11,640 nt of DNA, taken from NCBI GenBank assembly GCA_043810635.1, contig JBDRNY010000052.1:1-11640 (forward strand). Reading direction: 5' to 3'. The notes under the pieces were generated by a model. The model ran no database searches. It was given only the letters and a program-made list of their open reading frames with translations, and had not been told where the DNA came from. Origin of the DNA: Candidatus Micrarchaeota archaeon. GTDB lineage: Archaea > Micrarchaeota > Micrarchaeia > Anstonellales > Anstonellaceae. Below are positions 1-6,675 of this stretch, in pieces (the stretch's first letter is position 1; the number at the start of each line of letters is the position of its first letter). A program made the translations under genes and the position numbers.

Positions 1-113
1 AGCCTGGCGCCCAGGTATTTCTCCTTTTTTGAAACCTTTTTTCCCTCCCGTATGGTATGCACAAGGTAATAATATGTTTTGCCTGAAATGGTTCTTTTTT
101 GGATTCTTGCCAT
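1..113 (-). CDS. 5' part of a probable Fic-family protein (truncated by window edge; not in the ORF track)
   Basis: ATG at 113 reads MARIQKRTISGKTYYYLVHTIREGKKVSKKEKYLGAR, open to the edge. It closely parallels the N-terminus of the Fic protein at 5583..6497 (MAFIEKQKHGKYTYYYLVKSFRTSPTKVEKVRIFLG). The catalytic motif would lie outside the window. Confidence 0.75.
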   Translation of the reverse strand, partial: MARIQKRTISGKTYYYLVHTIREGKKVSKKEKYLGAR

Positions 114-120
114 AGAGGTA

Positions 121-174
121 TTTACCCCTACAAATTTATAATATTAACTATTTTGTTAAAAATGTAGGGGTAAA
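121..174. promoter_or_regulatory. Perfect 12-bp inverted repeat flanking the AT-rich/TATA region of the left Fic-like gene (putative operator)
   Basis: TTTACCCCTACA (121-132) and TGTAGGGGTAAA (163-174), with a 30-bp AT-rich spacer, starting 8 nt upstream of the ATG. Confidence 0.7.
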
Positions 175-195
175 GGAAAATGGTTGCATAGATAG

Positions 196-295
196 AAAAA
201 ATAAAATAAAAAAAGGGAAAACCCGCATTTTCCTAAAGGAAAATGGGGCCACAAATCCCTTGCGGGGATTTGCGGAATCGGTTTTTCAACCGATT
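196..295 (-). terminator. Structured 3' region of ftsZ: three tandem hairpins followed by a T-rich tract
   Basis: AATCGGTT/AACCGATT (276-295, spanning the stop codon), CAAATCCC/GGGATTTG (252-272) and CATTTTCC/GGAAAATG (226-245), then oligo-T on the minus strand (196-214). Confidence 0.6.
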
Positions 296-1356
296 ATTTC
301 AATATCTGAATAACTCATAGAAGGCTTTTCTTCTTCCCTCGGAGCCGTATCCTGCCCAAAGATGTTGGCGCCTGTCACGCCAGTTACAATGGCAACAATT
401 TCTATTTTGCCGTCATAACCAGGTATCAGCCTTGCGCCCCATTTCACAGTTGCCTGCGTATCCATCTTCTCAGTGATAATCTCTCCGGCTTTTATGGCAT
501 CCCCAAGAGTCAAATCGCTTCCCCCTGAGATGTGTATTAATGCGCCATTTGCACCGTCGAAATCTACATCAAGCAGCCTGTTCTTGAGCACTCCTTCAGC
601 AGCCCCTCTTACTTTGTCATTTCCTTTGCCTTCGCCAACAGCAATAAATCCGACTCCTCCGCCAGATACTGTAGACCTAACATCTGCAAAGTCAATGTTG
701 ATAAGAGACGGCTGGGTAATTGTCCATACAAGCCCGCCAACTGCTTTTGCCAATATTTCATCAGCAACAGCAAATGCCTCGTTCATTGGCAGGTTTGGAA
801 CCAATTTTACAAGCCTGTTATTGTCAAGAACAATGACTGAGTCAACATTTTTTCTCAGCTTGCCAATTGCGTCATCAGCTTTAGTCCTTCGGGCCCTTTC
901 CAAATTAAATGGATAAGTTACCATAGCAATAGTAATTGCCCCCTGCTCTTTAGCAATTTCAGCAATTACAGGGCAGGCACCGCTTCCGGTCCCTCCTCCC
1001 ATTCCTGCGCATATAAACACAAGATGGGCGCCCTCAAGCTCTTTTTCAAGAAGCCCTCTGTCCACTTCAGCAGCTTTTGCGCCGGTTTCCGGATATCCGC
1101 CGGCACCCAAGCCTTTTGTTATGGATTTGCCGATAAGCACTTTCTTGGCTTTCTCGTGAATCATGTTCAAATGCTGCCTGTCAGTATTTACTGCAACCAA
1201 CTCACAGCCTTTGACACCAGACCTTATCAGCCTGTTGATGGTGTTGTTTCCTCCACCACCTACTCCCATTACTACTATCCTAATTTTGTCTGAGCCGATT
1301 TTTTCAGTAGGAGCCGACTCTTGCTCACCCAACACAGATCTTACTAAACTTTCCAT
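286..1356 (-). CDS. ftsZ: Cell division protein FtsZ, archaeal FtsZ2-like
   Basis: [19 protein letters not shown], tubulin signature GGGTGSG and T7 loop INIDFAD. The NTDRQHL, QPSLIN and [11 protein letters not shown] segments resemble the FtsZ2 clade. Confidence 0.97.
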   Translation of the reverse strand: MESLVRSVLGEQESAPTEKIGSDKIRIVVMGVGGGGNNTINRLIRSGVKGCELVAVNTDRQHLNMIHEKAKKVLIGKSITKGLGAGGYPETGAKAAEVDRGLLEKELEGAHLVFICAGMGGGTGSGACPVIAEIAKEQGAITIAMVTYPFNLERARRTKADDAIGKLRKNVDSVIVLDNNRLVKLVPNLPMNEAFAVADEILAKAVGGLVWTITQPSLINIDFADVRSTVSGGGVGFIAVGEGKGNDKVRGAAEGVLKNRLLDVDFDGANGALIHISGGSDLTLGDAIKAGEIITEKMDTQATVKWGARLIPGYDGKIEIVAIVTGVTGANIFGQDTAPREEEKPSMSYSDIEIIG

Positions 1357-1484
1357 GTGTTCACTTCGTTTTTTTGCATGCTTTCTTATGCATGCGAGGA
1401 AAAATACTCGCAGGATGTTTATATATCTATTTGTCTATTCGATAAAAAGTTAGAAAAAGTAGAGAGAAATGGAAGAAAAAATAT

Positions 1485-1553
1485 TTACTTTTCCTTCTGC
1501 ATATAATCCTTCTGCATATAATAATAGTATTCTCCAGCTTTTTTCTGCTCCCG
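1485..1553 (-). pseudogene. Orphan, diverged copy of the ABCE1 C-terminus
   Basis: Translates REQKKAGEYYYYMQKDYMQKEK* versus the ABCE1 end RKQKEEGEYYYYDENGD* (1605-1658). Same strand, 51 nt downstream of the ABCE1 stop. Confidence 0.8.
1492..1522. repeat. Perfect 15-bp tandem duplication
   Basis: TCCTTCTGCATATAA x2 (1492-1506, 1507-1521), in frame within the ABCE1 remnant (YMQKD/YMQKE). Confidence 0.95.
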
Positions 1554-1557
1554 AACC

Positions 1558-1581
1558 CTTTTTCTTTTTAAAAAGAAAAAG
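1558..1581. repeat. Perfect 24-bp palindrome, possible ABCE1 terminator
   Basis: CTTTTTCTTTTT|AAAAAGAAAAAG, lying between the ABCE1 stop and its remnant. Confidence 0.85.
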
Positions 1582-1604
1582 CCTTCACGGAAAAAGAAAA
1601 TCCA

Positions 1605-3375
1605 CTAATCCCCGTTCTCGTCGTAATAGTAATATTCGCCCTCTTCCTTCTGTTTTCTGTCCATTTGCGAATCCGGCTTGTTAATCCTGGGCCTGAATGT
1701 ATCCACATCCCGTCTCAATGTAATGTCCAATCCTTTCAAAAATTTATTCAATCCCTCTCTTTTATGGGATGGCGCCCCTCCATGCCCTTTTACAGAAGAT
1801 TGCCCGTCAAATACCATAACCCTTGAGGAAATTGCATCAACCAATACCAAGTCATGGTCCACAACAAGCCCCACTTTATTTGAATTTTCAATAACCCTTT
1901 GCATTAATTGCGCAAACTGCAATCTTTGCTCCACATCCAAAAATGCTGAAGGTTCGTCTAATAAATAAATATCAGCATCCTGGGAAAGTGCCAATATAAT
2001 TGCAACCCTTTGCAATTCTCCCCCAGAAAGAGTAGTCAATTCCTTATCCATCAAAGAGGCAACATTCAATTTTCTGTGCGCTTCTTCAAAAAATTGCGCA
2101 TTCAACTTTCCCCTTACAAACAATTGCCCAACAGTAATTCCAGGCTCTGCTTTAACATACTGGGGTTTATAAGAAACTTTCAAATCCACATTTAATTTTT
2201 TCCCATTATCACTGCCTTCCACTCCTGCAAGCATTTTTACAAAAAGAGATTTTCCAATAGCATTTTTCCCGACAATTCCTACAACTTCCCCTTCCCTCAT
2301 ATCTCCCCCATCAGATGAAAATTCAAACCCTCCCAATTTTTTCTGAAATTCAGGGTAATTAAATTTAACAACCCCCCCTCTTTCACTCGCTACAGTTTTC
2401 TGGAATTTAATTTCATTCTCCCGAAATCTCATATTTTCCTCTTTCAAAAACCCTTGCAAATACTGGTTTATTCCACTCCTCGTATTTTTCAGCCCAGAAA
2501 CAATTCCATAAGCATTTTCCTGCCCGAAAAATACATACACATATTCGGAAAGATAATCAAACACTGCCAAATCATGCTCAACAACAATTACTTTCCTCTC
2601 CTCCCCCAATTTTTTCAATGCCTCCGCCACTTTCAGCCTTTGCTCAATATCCAAATAGCTCGCAGGCTCGTCAAAATAATATATTTCAGCATCTTTGCAC
2701 CATGCAGCAGCAATTGCAACCCTTTGCAATTCCCCCCCAGAAATTTCATTTATTTTCTTGTCCACAACATTTTTCAATTCAAAAATTCTCACAGCTTCCT
2801 GAAATGCATTTCTTCCGTCAGTTTTTTGCAATAATTCACTCACCTTTCCTTCAAACACTTCAGAAATTTTGTCAACATTCTGGGGCTTTAATGCAATTTT
2901 GGATTTCTTTTCTTTAGAAAAAAGCTTTTTGAAATACTCTCCTTCCACTTTCCCCAAATTTTCAACAATTTCTTTTAATTCCGGAGGATTGGAATAATTT
3001 CCTAAATTTGGCATAATATTCCCAGCAAGCAAATTCAATGCAGTAGTTTTTCCAATGCCATTTTTTCCAATCAACCCCACAACTTTTTTCTGGGGAAGGG
3101 GCATCCCATACATTCTAAATGTATTTACTCCGTATTGATGCACTACTTTTCCCGCCTCTTCAGCCAAATTAATTATAGTAATGCATTTAGTGGGGCATTT
3201 TTTCGGGCAAATGCCGCATCCTGTGCAAAGAATTTCAGAAATAACCGGATATCCCCTCCTTATCCACTGTTACTGTTTCATCGCCCATGGCTACCCCTGG
3301 GCAAACCTTTTTGCAAACATATCCGCATTTTTCTTTAATGCATTTATCCCTGTCAATTATAGCAATCCTTGGCAT
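1605..3375 (-). CDS. rli: Ribosome recycling ATPase ABCE1/RLI1 (589 aa after removing one base at 3253-3256)
   Basis: True start is ATG at 3375 (MPRIAIIDRDKCIKEKCGYVCKKVCP, Fe-S domain). A second Cys motif, CTGCGICPKKCP, is in the downstream frame. Two ABC domains follow (GKNGIGKT, ISGGELQR, DEP; GKNAIGKS, LSGGELQR, LLDEP), ending in GEYYY. The span is 1771 nt = 3n+1. Confidence 0.95.
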
Positions 3376-3437
3376 AGTAAATTATTTCCGCGGGGCATGA
3401 ATATAAGTTTATATCTTTTGCCATTGTTGGGCTGAAT
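3376..3437. promoter_or_regulatory. 62-bp divergent promoter region with back-to-back TATA-like elements
   Basis: AATATAAGTTTATAT (3400-3414) sits about 25-30 nt from both ATGs (3375 minus, 3438 plus), consistent with leaderless archaeal transcripts. Confidence 0.55.
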
Positions 3438-4434
3438 ATGGCAAAATTACACCTTATTTTCGGAATATTTTTATTGGCGCTTTCTTTTTGTTTTGCGCTA
3501 ACTTCTTGCACAAGTGATATGCAATGCCGGGAATCTGGCATGGGCACTTATTGCATAAACGGAAAATGCAATATAATTTGCAAATTAGACGAAGATTGCA
3601 CTAGCTGGAATTTCGGCACAAAATGCCTGGTAGATACCAGAGTATGCATTTGGGAAGATGTTTCCTGCACTTCAGATGAATATTGCATTGATGAGGGAAT
3701 GGGAAATACCTGCCAGGGGGGAGTGTGCGCATATGTGCAAGAGCCGGTTGAGCTTGAATGCACAAATGACGAAGATTGTGAAATTGCAGGCACAGGAAAT
3801 GTTTGCATGGATGGAATTTGCGGATATGCCCAGCTTCCTGCAGATTCTTGCATTTCAGATGAGGATTGCGAAATACAGGGTGTTGGAGAAGTTTGTATAA
3901 ATAATGAATGCAAATACACTTGTTCAAATGGTATGGAATGCGAAGCAAAAGGGGCGGGCACAATTTGTGAAAATAACATATGCCCTGCATTAAGATGCAC
4001 AAATGAGCAAGAGTGTTTGGATGCAGGAGTTGGAAATTATTGCTTAGATGACGGCTTTTGCGGCAAATACTCTCCTCCAGAGCCAAATCCATATTTATGT
4101 GATACAGATGAAGATTGCGAATTGCAGGGCACGGGAGACACTTGTGTAACCGGAGAATGTGCCTGGCTCGGAGTCCCTAATATTTCCTGCACATATGATG
4201 AAGATTGTATTGTAACAAATGCAGGGGATGTTTGCATAAGCGGAAAATGCGAATGGGTTTCCCCTCCTGACACTTCATGCACAACAGATGAAGATTGCTG
4301 GGTAACAAATGCAGGAACCGAGTGCATAGGCGGGATGTGCGCATATACTCAGCCTCCCCCCCCCGTGCATCTTTTCCGCATTTTTTGCAGGAATTACGAT
4401 GCTAGGAATTATTATAATTGCAAGGCGCAAATAA
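3438..4434 (+). CDS. Secreted or surface Cys-rich repeat protein with probable C-terminal membrane anchor (frameshift in C9 tract 4356-4364; as sequenced it reads to 4463)
   Basis: Signal peptide MAKLHLIFGIFLLALSFCFA, then ten units of C-x2-D-x2-C-x(8)-C-x(4-6)-C. Removing one C gives ...QPPPPCIFSAFFAGITMLGIIIIARRK* with TAA at 4432-4434, 6 nt before the pelota ATG. Confidence 0.85.
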
Positions 4435-4440
4435 CTTTAT

Positions 4441-5484
4441 ATGAAAATATTAAAGCAGGATAAAAAAGAAGGGCTCATTCGCCTCATACCTGAAAATTTG
4501 GAGGATTTGTGGCATTTGGAAAGAGTGCTTGCTAGCGGAGACAAGGTTCAATCAATTTCCTGGAGAAGTTTTAAGGCAAATGAAAAAGCATCCCCTGATA
4601 AGAAAAAAATCAATGTAAAATTAATTGCAGAAAAAATTGAATTTGCCAGGCATGCAAACAGATTGAGAATAACTGGGCCTATTGAATCAGGCACACCTGA
4701 AGAGTTTGTGCAAGTCGGCTCTTACCACACAATTGACATCGAACCCGGCTTTCCTGTAACAATTTACAAAGATTGGAGAGAGCACCATCTCACCCGCCTA
4801 AAAAAAGCGATTAATGAAACAAAGCGCCCCATGCTTTACATATTGGCAATGGATGAGAAAAAAGCATTATTTGCATCAATTTTGGGATTTGGGGTAAATT
4901 ATAATTGGGAATTGGAATATAAAGGAAGCAAAAGGGAGGATGCAAAAAGGCAAACCGAAGCATTGAGGCAGTATTTTGGCGAAATTTTTTCCCGCATTGA
5001 AAGATTGGATGTGCATAAAATAATTGTAGCAGGCCCCGGCTTTGCGGCGCAGAATTTTGCACAATTTGCAAAGCAAAAAAATCCAAAGTTAGCTTCAAGA
5101 TTTGTAATGGAGCATTGCACTTATGCAGAAAGAAGCGGAGTAAATGAATTATTGAAAAAAGGAATTATTTCCCGTGTTGCAAAAGAGGAAAGGGTTGCAT
5201 CGGAAATGCAAATAATGGAGGAATTTAAAATAAAATTGGCAAAAAATTCAGACAAAATATGCTATGGATTAAAAAATGTAAAAACAGCAGTTGAAATATC
5301 TGCCGCAGAAAAAATTTTAGTATTGGATGAATTATTGAGAAATAGAAAAGATGTGGATGAAATAATAGAATTAGCTGAAAAAAACAAAGTAAAAATCATG
5401 ATATTTTCCCATGAAAGCGACGGCGGAAAAGAATTGGAAGGGTTTGGGGGGCTAATTTCATTTTTGAGGTTTGCAATAACTTGA
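4441..5484 (+). CDS. pelA: mRNA surveillance / ribosome rescue protein pelota (aDom34)
   Basis: PENLEDLWHL, RLRITG, GSYHTIDI, IIVAGPGF, YGLKNV and the eRF1-like C-terminus GKELEGFGGLISFLRF. Confidence 0.97.
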   Translation: MKILKQDKKEGLIRLIPENLEDLWHLERVLASGDKVQSISWRSFKANEKASPDKKKINVKLIAEKIEFARHANRLRITGPIESGTPEEFVQVGSYHTIDIEPGFPVTIYKDWREHHLTRLKKAINETKRPMLYILAMDEKKALFASILGFGVNYNWELEYKGSKREDAKRQTEALRQYFGEIFSRIERLDVHKIIVAGPGFAAQNFAQFAKQKNPKLASRFVMEHCTYAERSGVNELLKKGIISRVAKEERVASEMQIMEEFKIKLAKNSDKICYGLKNVKTAVEISAAEKILVLDELLRNRKDVDEIIELAEKNKVKIMIFSHESDGGKELEGFGGLISFLRFAIT

Positions 5485-5582
5485 GCGGGCGGACTGACAG
5501 AACCTTCTTTGAGAGAAAGAAAAGAAAAAGAATGAAAGCCTTCAGGAAAAGAAAGAAAATAGCTTGTGCCTGACCGGCAGGC

Positions 5583-6497
5583 TTACTTTTTCCCTTCCTT
5601 TCTGAAAGTATATTGCCCAATCAACTGCTTTGCCAAAAAATTTGCAAACGGCTTCTCATTGCCTTTATCCCCCGCCTCAATCATGGAATAATATTCCTGC
5701 TTGTTTTTCACATAAATGATGATGGGCGGAAATCGGCTTTTCATTAAAATCCAGTTGAGCACAAGCCTTGAAGTCCGCCCGTTTCCATCTGTAAATGGAT
5801 GAATTTGCACCAGCCGGTTGTGCATCCAGCCAGCAAGCTCGACAGGGTGCATTTGCTTTCTTTTCTTAGAATATCCCTTGCACAGATTAGCCATCTGCTT
5901 TGGCACATCTTCAGATTTTGGGGGTTTCCATTCAGAGCCCGTAATTCGGACATATAAATCCCTGTAATCTCCCTGAATGCGGCAAGCAGTATTTTTTGCC
6001 ACTTGATATTGGAGCTTGCGGATAAATGCCTCGTTTAGCTGGCCCTTGTAGCCTTTGGCAAAATCCCAAGCATCCTTGCCGTTCATGGCTTCTATCACCG
6101 CATCTGTGCCGGTGCCTTGGGGCGCAATTTTATCTGTAAGGACGAGGGCGGTTTCCCTCAAAGTGAGGGGGTTTCCCTCAATGGCATTGGAGTTGTAAGT
6201 GAATCGGACGACAAAATCTTTTGGGATGGCATCATCTGGGAAAGATTTGAAGATGATGGTGGAGGCGCGAAGATCCTCAAGTTGCTCAATAAGATTGGCA
6301 TCCAAATGTTTTGCGGAATATGTTTTTGGCGCTTTCTTCTCAAGCTCGACAAGCAGTTCCTGCAGTTTTTCTTTTGATGGGACAGAGGAGCCGAGGAAAA
6401 TGCGTACTTTCTCCACTTTGGTTGGGGAAGTGCGGAAGCTCTTGACAAGGTAATAATAAGTGTATTTTCCATGCTTCTGCTTCTCTATAAATGCCAT
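5583..6497 (-). CDS. Fic-family protein (class II) with extra N-terminal basic beta-rich domain
   Basis: Canonical HPFTDGNGRTSR motif; N-terminal inhibitory motif SNAIEGN, matching (S/T)xxxE(G/N). Confidence 0.95.
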   Translation of the reverse strand: MAFIEKQKHGKYTYYYLVKSFRTSPTKVEKVRIFLGSSVPSKEKLQELLVELEKKAPKTYSAKHLDANLIEQLEDLRASTIIFKSFPDDAIPKDFVVRFTYNSNAIEGNPLTLRETALVLTDKIAPQGTGTDAVIEAMNGKDAWDFAKGYKGQLNEAFIRKLQYQVAKNTACRIQGDYRDLYVRITGSEWKPPKSEDVPKQMANLCKGYSKKRKQMHPVELAGWMHNRLVQIHPFTDGNGRTSRLVLNWILMKSRFPPIIIYVKNKQEYYSMIEAGDKGNEKPFANFLAKQLIGQYTFRKEGKK

Positions 6498-6498
6498 G

Positions 6499-6579
6499 AT
6501 ATGGCTACAATGTTAAAGTATATAAATATTGTGTCCATAATGGCTACAAATTACTATTTATATAAAAATGTAGCCATAT
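6499..6579. promoter_or_regulatory. Two tandem inverted-repeat units upstream of fic (putative operator array)
   Basis: ATGGCTACA(6501-6509)-N20-TGTGTCCAT(6530-6538) and ATGGCTACA(6540-6548)-N20-TGTAGCCAT(6569-6577). Each spacer contains TATATAAA. Confidence 0.75.
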
Positions 6580-6606
6580 TAAAGCCAGCCTGAATATTTA
6601 ATGAAG

Positions 6607-6675
6607 GGGCAGGAATTATCCGGCTTTGGAGGGTTAGTCTCATTTTTGAGGTTTGCCCTGCCCCCTTCAGAGTAG
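6607..6675 (+). pseudogene. Orphan, diverged copy of the pelota C-terminus
   Basis: Translates GQELSGFGGLVSFLRFALPPSE* versus pelota GKELEGFGGLISFLRFAIT*. The 17-mer TCATTTTTGAGGTTTGC is identical at 5458-5474 and 6640-6656. Confidence 0.9.

Noticed and set aside
184..194. TTGCATAGATA shared with 10485-10495
   Set aside because: A single AT-rich 11-mer with no flanking similarity; compatible with chance.
473..1453. Plus-strand ORFs 473..916, 1024..1293 and 1163..1453
   Set aside because: Antisense shadows of ftsZ with no recognisable motifs.
1469..1684. 71-aa plus-strand ORF with a PSAYN repeat
   Set aside because: The repeat is the 15-bp duplication read on the opposite strand. The minus-strand ABCE1 remnant explains the region better, and the ORF overlaps the ABCE1 end.
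1605..3167. ORF-track start of ABCE1 at TTG 3167 (520 aa)
   Set aside because: It omits the Fe-S domain, which is clearly encoded up to ATG 3375 across a one-base frameshift.
3500..4350. Recurring GATGAAGATTG-like words as a CRISPR array or DGR repeats
   Set aside because: They encode the DEDC motif of protein repeats, are degenerate and in frame. No cas or reverse transcriptase gene is present, and there is no adenine-specific mismatch pattern.
6499..6579. ATGGCTACA repeats as a mini-CRISPR or IS ends
   Set aside because: Only 9-11 bp, alternating orientation, wrapped around TATA boxes, and no transposase nearby.
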